Origin: an uncultured bacterium
Lineage (GTDB): Bacteria > Gemmatimonadota > Gemmatimonadetes > Gemmatimonadales > Gemmatimonadaceae
Assembly: GCA_963978095.1 (NCBI GenBank)
Contig: CAXBQP010000020.1
Coordinates: 1 to 49,154, forward strand
DNA: 49,154 bases
Direction: 5' to 3'
Shown: positions 30,328 through 39,777 of the stretch, piece after piece
How positions within the stretch are numbered: position 1 is the first letter of the stretch
Layout: every line of letters starts with the position of its first letter
The notes under the pieces: model-generated
The model's input: the letters and a program-made list of their open reading frames with translations, nothing else
Told to the model about the DNA's origin: nothing
Database searches by the model: none
Program-made: the position numbers and the translations under genes

Positions 30328-31634
30328 CCGGAGCCCTCCGGCGCGAACTCGGGCTCTTCTCCGCCGCACTCCTCGTCGTGGGGGGCATCATCGGCAGCGG
30401 GATCTTCTTCACCCCCGCGGAAACCGCGCGCGCGCTGCCCAGCGGCGCGTGGGTGCTGGGCGTCTGGGCGCTCGGCGGCGTCGTCGCGCTCGCTGGTGCG
30501 CTGACCTACGCCGAGCTCGGCGCCATGCTGCCGGAGGCCGGGGGCGCGTACGTCTATGTACGCGAGGCATTCGGCAAACTCCCCGCGTTCCTGCTGGGCT
30601 GGATGACCTGGCTGCTCATCGCGACCGGCGCGATCGCCGCCGTGGCACTGGGCTTCGCGGATTATCTCGGGCGATTCGTCGCGACCGACCTGGTCGGCGG
30701 GCGGATGGGAGTCGCCGCGATCACGATCGTGGTGTTCACGGCCACGAACTACATCGGCGTGAAGCCCGGAACCGTCACCGCGAACCTCTTCACCGTCGCC
30801 AAGATCGCCGCGCTCGCCGCGCTGATCCTTGTCGGACTGTTCGCCCCGTGGGGCGTCGCCCCGACCACCGTCGCGACGGCCCCGGTGGCCCCGCCGCTCG
30901 CCTCGGGATTCGCGGCCGCGTTCGTCGCGGTGCTCTTCACGATCGGCGGCTGGCAGCAGACCAACATGGTCGCCGGTGAGATCAAGGATCCCGCCCGTAC
31001 GTTGCCCAAAGCGCTCGCGGTGGGCATCGCGATCGTGATCGCGATCTACCTGGGCGCCAACATCGTGTACCTCAAGGCGCTCGGTCGCGACGGGCTCGCG
31101 GGGAGCACCGCGGTCGCCGCGGACGCCGCGCGGCACTACGTGGGGGCATGGGGAGCGCGCGCCATCACGATCGCGGCGATGCTCTCGATCTTCGGCTTCG
31201 TGAACGTCGCGCTCCTGACGAACGCCCGCGTCCTCTTCGCGCTCGGGGCCGACGGGGCGTTCCTCCCGGCCGCCGGACGGGTGCATCCCCGATTCGGATC
31301 CCCGCATGTCGCGCTGGTGATGATCGGCGGCTGGGCATTGGTGCTGCTGTTCGGCACGGGCGGGAAAATCGGCACACTCCTCGACGGTGTCGTCTTCGCC
31401 GACTGGATCTTCTTCGGGCTCGGGGCGGCGAGCGTCTTCGCGCTGCGGTCGAGCCGCCCCGACCTGCCGCGCCCGTACCAGGTGCTCGGCTACCCGATCC
31501 TGCCCGCCTTCTTCGTGCTCTGCGCGGCGGCGGGGGTGGTGAGCGCCTTCGTGGCACACGTCGAGATGTCGCTCATCGGCACCGCGATGCTCGCTGTGGG
31601 CGCGGTGGTCTACCGGATGCGCTCCACGCGCTGA
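30324..31634 (+). CDS. APC family amino acid permease
   Basis: IIGSGIF, YAELG...P.AGG.Y.Y, GW, AGEIKDP; about 12 TM segments. Confidence 0.92.
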   Translation: MTGALRRELGLFSAALLVVGGIIGSGIFFTPAETARALPSGAWVLGVWALGGVVALAGALTYAELGAMLPEAGGAYVYVREAFGKLPAFLLGWMTWLLIATGAIAAVALGFADYLGRFVATDLVGGRMGVAAITIVVFTATNYIGVKPGTVTANLFTVAKIAALAALILVGLFAPWGVAPTTVATAPVAPPLASGFAAAFVAVLFTIGGWQQTNMVAGEIKDPARTLPKALAVGIAIVIAIYLGANIVYLKALGRDGLAGSTAVAADAARHYVGAWGARAITIAAMLSIFGFVNVALLTNARVLFALGADGAFLPAAGRVHPRFGSPHVALVMIGGWALVLLFGTGGKIGTLLDGVVFADWIFFGLGAASVFALRSSRPDLPRPYQVLGYPILPAFFVLCAAAGVVSAFVAHVEMSLIGTAMLAVGAVVYRMRSTR

Positions 31635-31652
31635 AGGCGCGGCGCAGGGCGA

Positions 31653-32591
31653 TCAGCGACCGATGTGGCGGTCGATGACCATCGCGATGAACAGCAGCGC
31701 GAGGTAGAGCAGGGAGTACTTGTAGACCCACCAGGACGCGCGCACCCAGTTGCCGCTGTTCCGCTCGACGTAGACGCGGCGCACGCCGTTGAGCAGCAGC
31801 CCGCCCAGCAATGCGGCCGACGCGAGATAGATCACCCCGAAGAGTCCGAAGCAGACCGGTAGCAGCGTGAGCGCCACGAGCAGCACCGTGTACCAGAGCA
31901 TCTGCGCGATCGTCTCGCGCTCGCCCCACACGAGCGGCGCCATCGGGACGCCGGCGTTGCCGTAGTCGCGCTGCTTGTTGAGCGCGAGCGCCCAGAAGTG
32001 CGGTGGGGTCCAGTAGAAGATGATGAGGAACAGATACCATGCGCCGAGATCGAGCGATCCCGTGACCGCCGCCCAGCCCACCAGAGGCGGGAAGGCGCCG
32101 GCCGCACCGCCGATCACGATGTTGTGCGGCGAGGAGCGCTTGAGCCAGCGCGTGTAGATGAACACGTAGAAGTAGAACCCCGCGAGCGCGAGCGCCGCCG
32201 TGAGCACATTCACGAGCTGGGCGAGCATGTACGTCGCGGCGGTGGCGATCAGCACACCGAAGGCGATCACCGCGCGCGGCGACATGCGCCCGCTCGGGAT
32301 CGGGCGCAGCCTGGTGCGTACCATCACGTCGTCGATATCGCTGTCGAGGTACATGTTCACCGCGTTCGCGCCGCCGGCCATCAAGTAGCCGCCGAGGGTC
32401 ACCCAGAGCACGCTCGCCCAGGTGGGGGTCCCGGCGACGAACATCGGCGCGATGGTGGTCACGAGGAGCAACGAGATGATCTTCGGCTTGGTGAGGGTGA
32501 TCAGGTCCTGCGTGAGCGTCACGTTGCGCACGCGTGGTCTGCCCGCGGGATCGACCGGTGGTATCGTCGCGGAGGTGGCGGTCTCCGTCAT
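31653..32591 (-). CDS. cyoE: Protoheme IX farnesyltransferase (heme o synthase)
   Basis: LTKP, NMYLD.DID.VM.RT..RPIP.G, YTRWLKR, NIVIGGAAGAFPPL.GW, WTPPHFWAL. Confidence 0.96.
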   Translation of the reverse strand: MTETATSATIPPVDPAGRPRVRNVTLTQDLITLTKPKIISLLLVTTIAPMFVAGTPTWASVLWVTLGGYLMAGGANAVNMYLDSDIDDVMVRTRLRPIPSGRMSPRAVIAFGVLIATAATYMLAQLVNVLTAALALAGFYFYVFIYTRWLKRSSPHNIVIGGAAGAFPPLVGWAAVTGSLDLGAWYLFLIIFYWTPPHFWALALNKQRDYGNAGVPMAPLVWGERETIAQMLWYTVLLVALTLLPVCFGLFGVIYLASAALLGGLLLNGVRRVYVERNSGNWVRASWWVYKYSLLYLALLFIAMVIDRHIGR

Positions 32592-32845
32592 GCGCGCGGC
32601 CCCATGCTCGCGGGGGCGACCCCGGTGCCGCGCAGGTCGGCGGGGTGCATGGCGATGCGCGTCCCGTGCAACAGTCCGATCAGCGCGAGGGCGGGCCCGA
32701 CCGCGAAGATCCACTCCAGCAGAGGGGAGCGGACGGGGCCCGCGATCCGCATCCCCCGCGTGGTGGAGCGCAGAATGCCCCCCTGCGCCACACAGATGGC
32801 GAAGGCGGCGATCCAGAACAGGGTGTCGGCGAGCGGTGTGGCCAT
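32588..32845 (-). CDS. Small two-TM membrane protein resembling the cytochrome c oxidase subunit II TM hairpin
   Basis: Two hydrophobic helices, the second LEWIFAVGPALALIGL; ATGA overlap with cyoE. Confidence 0.65.
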   Translation of the reverse strand: MATPLADTLFWIAAFAICVAQGGILRSTTRGMRIAGPVRSPLLEWIFAVGPALALIGLLHGTRIAMHPADLRGTGVAPASMGPRA

Positions 32846-32924
32846 GGGCAGAAAGGGGCGTCGGAGGGCAGCAGGGGAAGTTCGCCGGTTGGACGACGGG
32901 TTTCAATACTGATACGTTCCCCCG

Positions 32925-34295
32925 ATGCCAAACGCGACAGAAAGCACAAAAGGTTCATCGCTCCAGCGCCGGCTCGGGCTGTGGAGCGCCATGGCGGTCG
33001 TCATCGGGTCGACGATCGGCTCCGGGATCTTCCGGTCACCGGCGGGGATCGCCGACAAGCTGCCCGGTCCGCTGCCGATGATGGCCGTGTGGGTCGCGGG
33101 CGGGATCTTTGCGCTCTGCGGTGCGCTGACGATGGCGGAGATCGGGACCGCCTTCCCCCAGACCGGCGGGGTCTACGTTTTTTGCCGGGAGGGGTGGGGC
33201 CGTCTTGCCGGGTTCCTCTTTGGGTGGGGGCAGGTCGTGATGATTCGCGCCGCCTCACTGGGGGCGATCGCGATCACCTTTGCCGAGTATGCGTTCAGGG
33301 TGAGCGGCATGGACCCCGCCGCGCCGCAGCACGCGCAACGCGTGAAGTGGTTGGCGGCCGGCGCGATCCTTCTCACCGGCGGCTTCAACTATGTCGGCGT
33401 CCGTTTCGCGGCGACGGTGAGCAACTTCACGGTGCTGGCCAAGTACGGCGGGCTCCTGTTCATCGTGCTGGTGGCGTTCGTCATCGGGCTCCCGCAGACG
33501 CATGGGGGGAACTACACACCGTTGGCGCCGGCGGGGAGCTTCACGCTGCCGATGTTCGGTCTGGCGCTTGTCAGCACGTTGTGGGCTTTCGACGGTTGGG
33601 CCGATCTGGCGTACAACGCGGGGGAAGTGCAGGATCCCGGAACGAACATTCCGCGGGCGCTGATCGGCGGCACCCTGGCGGTGCTCGCCATCTACCTGGC
33701 CGCCAATCTCGCGTATCTGGCCGTGCTCCCCGTCGAGACCATGCGCCATTCCAAGCTGGTCGCGGCGGACGTCGCACAGCTGGTGATCGGGCCCGCCGGT
33801 GTAGTGTTCGTGAGTGTCACGGTGATGATCTCCACCTTCGGCACGCTGAACACCGTGCTGTTCACGAGTCCCCGGGTGTTCTTCGCGATGGCCGGAGACG
33901 GGCTGTTCTTCAAGCCGGTGGCCAAGGTCCACCCTACGTTCGGGACCCCGTATGTCGCCATTGCGATGACCGCCTGCTTCGGCGCCGCGTACGTGCTGTT
34001 CCTGTCGTTCGATCAGCTGGCGGACGCCTTCGTGACGGCCTTCCTGCCGTTCTACTTGCTGGCGGTGGCGGCGGTGTTCCGGCTCCGCGGCCGTCCGGGG
34101 TACGCGCCGACCTTTCGGGTCCCGCTCTTCCCCTTCGTGCCGCTCCTGTTCATCGCCTCGGTGCTCTATCTGCTCGGGAATGCCCTGGTGCAGGCCGACA
34201 GTCGGGTGCCGACCCTGATCGTGTTGGGGCTCGTCGCCAGCGGCGTCCCGGTGTACTACCTGACCGTGGGGCGCGCGTCGGGCGACCGGAGCTAG
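32925..34295 (+). CDS. APC family amino acid permease
   Basis: TIGSGIFRSP, P.TGG.YV, AFDGW, AGEVQDP, HP.FGTP. Confidence 0.92.
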   Translation: MPNATESTKGSSLQRRLGLWSAMAVVIGSTIGSGIFRSPAGIADKLPGPLPMMAVWVAGGIFALCGALTMAEIGTAFPQTGGVYVFCREGWGRLAGFLFGWGQVVMIRAASLGAIAITFAEYAFRVSGMDPAAPQHAQRVKWLAAGAILLTGGFNYVGVRFAATVSNFTVLAKYGGLLFIVLVAFVIGLPQTHGGNYTPLAPAGSFTLPMFGLALVSTLWAFDGWADLAYNAGEVQDPGTNIPRALIGGTLAVLAIYLAANLAYLAVLPVETMRHSKLVAADVAQLVIGPAGVVFVSVTVMISTFGTLNTVLFTSPRVFFAMAGDGLFFKPVAKVHPTFGTPYVAIAMTACFGAAYVLFLSFDQLADAFVTAFLPFYLLAVAAVFRLRGRPGYAPTFRVPLFPFVPLLFIASVLYLLGNALVQADSRVPTLIVLGLVASGVPVYYLTVGRASGDRS

Positions 34296-34510
34296 GGTCG
34301 AACGAGGATACGCCGTCCTGACCCGAACGGAAGCCGAAGATCGCAAGCGGCATCGTATCGGCGCCTTGGGGAGTGCCCGAGCCCTGCGATTTTCCTTCCG
34401 GTTCGTGACCCGACGTTTACCCGATGAACGTTGACCTCGGGGGGCGTTTGGCGGTATTTTTCCGACTTGTAGTAAGTACCCCCTTTTCCTTACATCAGGA
34501 CCTCCAACAC

Positions 34511-37500
34511 ATGCAGAAATTTCGGTGGAGCACGGTGCTGTCGGCCATCGCTGCGATCGGGCTGTTCGCAGCGGCCGCAGGCGCGCAGGTGACCACGGGT
34601 TCCATTGCCGGCCGCGTCACGGACGCGACGGGCAAGCCCGTGGAAGGCGCGCAGGTGCAAGTGGCGAACGCGTTGAACGGCCTCTCGCGCGCGGCGGTCA
34701 CGAACCCCGACGGCCGCTACACGGTTCTCGGCCTCGAGGTCGGTGACGGCTACTCCGTCAGCGCCAAGCGCATCGGCTTCCAGCCGATGACCAAGGCGAA
34801 CCAGACGGTCGGCCTCGGCATCGCGACGCGCGTCGACTTCGCGCTCACCGCGCAGGCCGCGCAGCTGTCGAGCGTCAAGGTGACGGTCACCACGGATCCG
34901 ATCATCAGCCCCAACAAGATGGGCTCGGGCGTGGCGATCACCGACTCGTCGCTCCACCGCCTCCCGACGCTGAACCGCACCTTCACGGACTTCGTGACGC
35001 TGGCGCCGCAGGTGTCGAGCTCCGGCCCGGGGCTCTCGGGTGCCGGCGCCAACAACCGCTACAACAACATCCAGATCGACGGCTCGACCGAAAAGGATCT
35101 CTTCGGTCTTGGCTCGACCGGCCAGCCGGGTGGTCAGGCCGGCGGCAAGTCGATCGGCATCGAAGCGGTGAAGTCCTACCAGGTGCTGCTCTCCCCGTAC
35201 GACGTGCGCTACGGCAACTTCTCCGGCCTGCTCGTCAACGCCGTGACGAAGAGCGGCTCGAATCAGTTCCACGGCAGCAGCTACTACTACCTCCGCGACT
35301 CGTCGCTGACCCGCTCGCAGAGCTACCTCGGCTACTTCCAGCAGAAGCAGTATGGTCTGACGCTGAGTGGCCCGATCATCAAGAACAAGGTCTTCTTCTT
35401 CCTCAACCCCGAGTTCCAGGCGCTGAACAGCCCGTCCAGCGGCTGGTTCGTCGGCGGCCCGTACTCCGGTCTTCCCCCGGCCGCGGACGTGACGCGCCTG
35501 CAGACGCTGCTCGGTGCGCTCGGTTACAAGGGCGTCGGCGACGGCTCGCAGCGCGCCAACACCAACCCGCTGACCAACGGCTTCTTCCGCCTCGATTTCC
35601 AGGGACTCCCGTGGAACTCGACGCTCACGATCCGTGACAACTACGGCCACGCTGACCAGGACGTGTTCTCGCGCGGCACCAGCGGCACGCTGGCGCTGAC
35701 CGACAACGGCTACACCTTCAAGTCGGACAAGAACGCCGTCGTCGCGCAGCTGAAGTCGGCCTTCTCGAACGGCACGTACAACGAGCTCTACCTCGGCGTC
35801 ACGCACATCCGCGACGCCCGCGTGACCTTCATCGACGCGAACAGCCCGATGGTGACGGCCCGCTCGTCCCTGAGCGCGGTGTCGCTCGTCGCCGGTGCGG
35901 AGCGCTCGTCTCAGGCGAACCAGCTCGACCAGGACGTCAAGGAAGTCACCGACAACTTCACGTTCTCCCTCGGCGCTGACCATCGCTTCACGATCGGCAC
36001 GCAGAACCAGTGGTACAAGGTCCGCAACCTGTTCGGTCAGAACCGCTACGGTGACTGGACCTTCAACTCGCTCGACTCGCTCGCCGGCACCTGCACCACC
36101 TGCGCCAGCACGGCGGTCGCCCAGCAGTACCGCATCGGCGTCCCGGCCCAGGCCGGCTCCGACGGCGCGGTCCGCTTCACGCAGCGCACGCATTCGTTCT
36201 ACCTCCAGGATGAGTGGGCGGCCACGAACCGCCTCAACATCTCGCTCGGCCTGCGCGCCGACGCGTCGTTCTTCGACACCGCGATCCCGCTCAACCAGGG
36301 CGTGCTCGACACGCTCGGCCGCGACACCCGCAACATGCCGTCCGGCAACTGGCAGTATGCGCCGCGCCTCGGCTTCAACTGGGACGCGACGGGCGACGGC
36401 AAGAACCAGGTCCGTGGTGGCGTCGGCATCTTCACCGGCCAGCCGGCGTTCGTGTGGATGTCCAACGAGTACCAGAACTCGGGGCTGACCGGCTACAACC
36501 AGCTCACCTGCAACGGAACCTCGACGTCCGGCACGAACCTCCCGCCGGTCTTCAACGCCGCGGCCATCGCCACCCCGCCGACGTCGTGCCGCGTGGGTTC
36601 GGCGGCGCCGGCTGGTAGCGTCGGTCTCTCCGCCGCTGCTGGCGGCGAAGTCGACCTCGCCCGTTCGGATCTGAAGTTCCCGCAGACCATGCGCTACACC
36701 CTCGGCTACGACAAGGAGCTCGCCGCGGGCTACGTGTTCACCGCCGAGTACATGTACTCGCGCGGCTTGAACCAGCTGTTCTATCAGAACATCGCCCTCG
36801 GCGGTGTGCAGGGCGTGGACCGCTACGGCCGCGTGATGTACGGCCCGGCGCCGCTGCAGCCGGTCAAGGTCGGTGGCACCTATGTTCCCGCCACGGCGGT
36901 CTCGAGCGGTGGCTACAGCAAGACCCAGGTCTTCGAGATCAGCAACTCGTCCAAGGATTGGTCGCAGCAGTTCACGATCGGCCTCACCCGCCGCTACATG
37001 AACAACTTCGAGGCTTCGCTCTTCTACACGCACACGGAAGCGCAGGACGTGCAGAGCTTGACCTCGTCGACCACGAGCTCGCAGTACACCTTCGGCAAGT
37101 CCTACGGCGCCGTGGCGCAGAACGTGCAGGACCTCGGCCACTCGGTGTTCGAGACGCCGCATCGCATCGTGTTCAGCGGCACCTACACGTTCCAGCCGAC
37201 CGGTACCGACATCTCGCTCATGTACATCGGCGAGTCGGGCCAGCGCTTCCACTACACCTACGGTGGCAGCAGCAGCGGCGACATGAACGGCGACGGCATC
37301 GGCAACGACGCCATCTACGTCCCGAAGGACGTTCGCGACTCGAACCAGATCATCTTCGTCACGAACGGCACGACGACCATCGCGCAGCAGCAGGACGCGC
37401 TGGAAGCCTTCATCAACTCCCACAAGTGCCTGAAGGACCAGGTCGGCACGATCATGCAGCGCAACAGCTGCAGCGAGCCGTTCCACCACACCTTCAACTT

Positions 37501-37834
37501 CTCGCTCCGTCAGCGCCTCAGCGGGCTGCTCGGCTTCTGGAAGGGGGCGAAGGATTCGCAGCTCGACCGCATCCAGTTCCAGTGGGACATCTTCAACGCG
37601 GCGAACTTCATCAATCGCTCGTGGGGGTCGTACCCGTCGGCGGGCTTCGGCGCCACCAACCTCCTCTCGTACAGCTCGAAGGAGACTGGCTCGATGATCA
37701 CGAAGGACGGACTCGGAGCCGGCGGACTCGGCGCTCGCGCCAAGTACACGTTCAGCCCGACCTTCTTCTTCACGAACGAGCAGAACATCAACAGCAACTA
37801 TCGCATGCAGATGGCGCTGCGCTACAGCTTCTAA
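34511..37834 (+). CDS. TonB-dependent receptor (Oar-like, N-terminal carboxypeptidase-regulatory-like domain)
   Basis: Signal peptide AGA-Q; GSIAGRVTD; NNIQIDG; NAVTKSGSN.FHGS; Y.QDEW; PRLGFNWD; terminal RYSF. Confidence 0.93.
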   Translation: MQKFRWSTVLSAIAAIGLFAAAAGAQVTTGSIAGRVTDATGKPVEGAQVQVANALNGLSRAAVTNPDGRYTVLGLEVGDGYSVSAKRIGFQPMTKANQTVGLGIATRVDFALTAQAAQLSSVKVTVTTDPIISPNKMGSGVAITDSSLHRLPTLNRTFTDFVTLAPQVSSSGPGLSGAGANNRYNNIQIDGSTEKDLFGLGSTGQPGGQAGGKSIGIEAVKSYQVLLSPYDVRYGNFSGLLVNAVTKSGSNQFHGSSYYYLRDSSLTRSQSYLGYFQQKQYGLTLSGPIIKNKVFFFLNPEFQALNSPSSGWFVGGPYSGLPPAADVTRLQTLLGALGYKGVGDGSQRANTNPLTNGFFRLDFQGLPWNSTLTIRDNYGHADQDVFSRGTSGTLALTDNGYTFKSDKNAVVAQLKSAFSNGTYNELYLGVTHIRDARVTFIDANSPMVTARSSLSAVSLVAGAERSSQANQLDQDVKEVTDNFTFSLGADHRFTIGTQNQWYKVRNLFGQNRYGDWTFNSLDSLAGTCTTCASTAVAQQYRIGVPAQAGSDGAVRFTQRTHSFYLQDEWAATNRLNISLGLRADASFFDTAIPLNQGVLDTLGRDTRNMPSGNWQYAPRLGFNWDATGDGKNQVRGGVGIFTGQPAFVWMSNEYQNSGLTGYNQLTCNGTSTSGTNLPPVFNAAAIATPPTSCRVGSAAPAGSVGLSAAAGGEVDLARSDLKFPQTMRYTLGYDKELAAGYVFTAEYMYSRGLNQLFYQNIALGGVQGVDRYGRVMYGPAPLQPVKVGGTYVPATAVSSGGYSKTQVFEISNSSKDWSQQFTIGLTRRYMNNFEASLFYTHTEAQDVQSLTSSTTSSQYTFGKSYGAVAQNVQDLGHSVFETPHRIVFSGTYTFQPTGTDISLMYIGESGQRFHYTYGGSSSGDMNGDGIGNDAIYVPKDVRDSNQIIFVTNGTTTIAQQQDALEAFINSHKCLKDQVGTIMQRNSCSEPFHHTFNFSLRQRLSGLLGFWKGAKDSQLDRIQFQWDIFNAANFINRSWGSYPSAGFGATNLLSYSSKETGSMITKDGLGAGGLGARAKYTFSPTFFFTNEQNINSNYRMQMALRYSF

Positions 37835-37851
37835 GTTCCACCTGAGGTCAG

Positions 37852-37887
37852 CGAAGCCCCGGGGCGCACACGCGTCCCGGGGCTTCG
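37852..37887. terminator. Hairpin after the TBDR gene (terminator-like)
   Basis: CGAAGCCCCGGG / CCCGGGGCTTCG inverted repeat; no clear U-tract. Confidence 0.55.
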
Positions 37888-37925
37888 TGCATCCGGAGGT
37901 GGGCGGACACCGGATGCCGCAAGAG

Positions 37926-37964
37926 CCGACGGGCCCGAATCGATGGTCGATTCGGGCCCGTCGG
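37926..37964. repeat. Perfect 18-bp inverted repeat
   Basis: CCGACGGGCCCGAATCGA-TGG-TCGATTCGGGCCCGTCGG. Confidence 0.8.
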
Positions 37965-37997
37965 TGCCTCGGATGACCGCCAACTGGCGGGCGTTGA

Positions 37998-38879
37998 CTA
38001 GAAGATCGAGAACTTGATGTACTTGCGTGGGTTCTTCTGGAAATCCGCGGTGAGCGAATCCAAGCGCTGCAGCAGGGCGCGGACGTCATTGTACATGGCG
38101 GGGTCGTTCATGAGCTTGCCCGCGGTCCCTGGGCCCTCGCTGGCCTTCAGGAGGACCGCGTTGAGCTTTTCAGTCGTGCCCTTGAGGTCAGCGGCGAGTT
38201 GCGAGACGTTGGTCGCCGTGGCGCGCAGTGCCTTGACGGTGGAGTCCACCTGTGCCGAGTCCACCGAGTTGGCCAATCGCCGTACGGAGGCCTGCGTCCG
38301 GGTGAGCTCGGCGTTCTGTTGCGCCGCGACGTCCTGCAGTTCCTTCATCAAATCCGTGGACTGCCGGATGGCCTGTCGGATCTCGCCGAACCCGCCGGTT
38401 TCCACGAGTTCCTTGTTGAGCGCTGCCGTGAGCACCGAGATCCGTCCCGCGATCGTGTCCACGCGGGCCAAGACGTCGCCGATTTGGGGGGTCGGGTGAC
38501 CGGCGAGCAAAGTGTCCCCTTCCGTGTAGGACTGGAGATTCGGCTTGTCCGGGTGGAGGGCGATGAGTTGGTCGCCGAAGAAACCGTTCGGTTCGATGGT
38601 CGCGGTGGTGCCGCGCGGAACGTGGTATTCCTTCCGGATCCGGAATTTCACGATGAGCAGGCCATCGGACTGGATGTCCACGCTCTCCACGTAGCCGACG
38701 TTGACGCCCGCGAGCAGGACCGGTTGCCCCTGCTTGAGCCCGGCGCCCCAGGTGAACTTGGCGAACAGGGGGTAACCCGGCTGGAGCCCGCCTCGGGCCA
38801 GCCAGAGCGACCCCACGACCAGTGCCGCGACCGCGACCGTGGTGGTGAGTCCAACGAGTACTTCGTCTCGACGCTTCAT
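37998..38879 (-). CDS. mlaD: MCE/MlaD family protein
   Basis: N-terminal TM; GLKQGQPV.LAGV.VG.V MCE motif; helical tail; G.AGKLMND. Confidence 0.9.
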   Translation of the reverse strand: MKRRDEVLVGLTTTVAVAALVVGSLWLARGGLQPGYPLFAKFTWGAGLKQGQPVLLAGVNVGYVESVDIQSDGLLIVKFRIRKEYHVPRGTTATIEPNGFFGDQLIALHPDKPNLQSYTEGDTLLAGHPTPQIGDVLARVDTIAGRISVLTAALNKELVETGGFGEIRQAIRQSTDLMKELQDVAAQQNAELTRTQASVRRLANSVDSAQVDSTVKALRATATNVSQLAADLKGTTEKLNAVLLKASEGPGTAGKLMNDPAMYNDVRALLQRLDSLTADFQKNPRKYIKFSIF

Positions 38880-39718
38880 CCCTGAAGATACGGTGCGAGG
38901 AGGATCGCCGTGACCGCATCGAGCACGAGGATCCAGATCGAGGAGATGACGACGGCTTTCGCGGTCGCCTTCCCCACTCCTTCGGCCCCAGCCTGCGTCA
39001 CGTATCCCTCGAAGGTGCAGAGATACGCGATGGCGGCGCCGAAGAGCGTGGACTTGATCAAGCTGTACGTCACCTGGAATGGATCATAACCCAGGCGCAC
39101 TCCATCAATGAATGCCGACATCTGGACGTCCGTCAATGTGACGGCCGCCAGCATCCCGGACAGCACGCCGCACACGTTGGCGATGATCGTCAGCACCGGG
39201 AGCATCACGACGGCCGCGATCAGTCGCGGCACCACGAGATAGGCCACCGGATCGTACGAAAGGGTCTCCAACGCGTCGATCTGCTCGGTGACGCGCATGG
39301 TGCCGATCTCGGCGGTCATTTTCGCCCCGATCCGCCCTGCCAGCACCAGCCCCGTGAGCAGCGGCCCCGTCTCCAAGATGACGATCTGGCGGACGGACAG
39401 TCCCACAATCGTGAGTTGGATGCCCGCGAACAGCTGGTAGCGGATCTGGAGCGAGATCACCCCGCCGATGAAGGACGCCACCATGATGACCAGCGGCACC
39501 GAATCCACGCCGATCGCCCGCAGTTGGGGCATGACCAGCGGGAGGTAGGTCTGCGGCTCGGCGAAGGCCCGCTTGAGATCCCGCAGGAAGAGGGCGCGTT
39601 GACCGATTCCCTGGAAGAAGGCGAGCGTCGCCGTCGACACCCTCCGGAAGTACAGCAAGGGGGCTCGCTGTACGACCGGGAAGCTGTTGGTGTGGCGGCG
39701 TTCGACGGACGGGGTCAC
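38876..39718 (-). CDS. mlaE: MlaE family permease
   Basis: IGVDS.P, ETGPLLTGL..AGRIGA...AEIGTMRVTEQIDAL, GAEGVG.AT..AVV. Confidence 0.93.
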   Translation of the reverse strand: MTPSVERRHTNSFPVVQRAPLLYFRRVSTATLAFFQGIGQRALFLRDLKRAFAEPQTYLPLVMPQLRAIGVDSVPLVIMVASFIGGVISLQIRYQLFAGIQLTIVGLSVRQIVILETGPLLTGLVLAGRIGAKMTAEIGTMRVTEQIDALETLSYDPVAYLVVPRLIAAVVMLPVLTIIANVCGVLSGMLAAVTLTDVQMSAFIDGVRLGYDPFQVTYSLIKSTLFGAAIAYLCTFEGYVTQAGAEGVGKATAKAVVISSIWILVLDAVTAILLAPYLQG

Positions 39719-39777
39719 GCGTCTCCTGCGAGGGGCGGTGCCGGACGGAACTCAGCGAGCGGGCGGGGTCCGGATCG

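Noticed and set aside
10556..30369. Long minus-strand ORFs 10556..13150, 15927..18383 and 27523..30369
   Set aside because: Arg/Gly-rich, motif-free, and overlapping well-supported genes.
34490..38089. 1199-aa minus-strand ORF
   Set aside because: Antisense shadow of the strongly codon-biased TonB-dependent receptor; no domain motifs.
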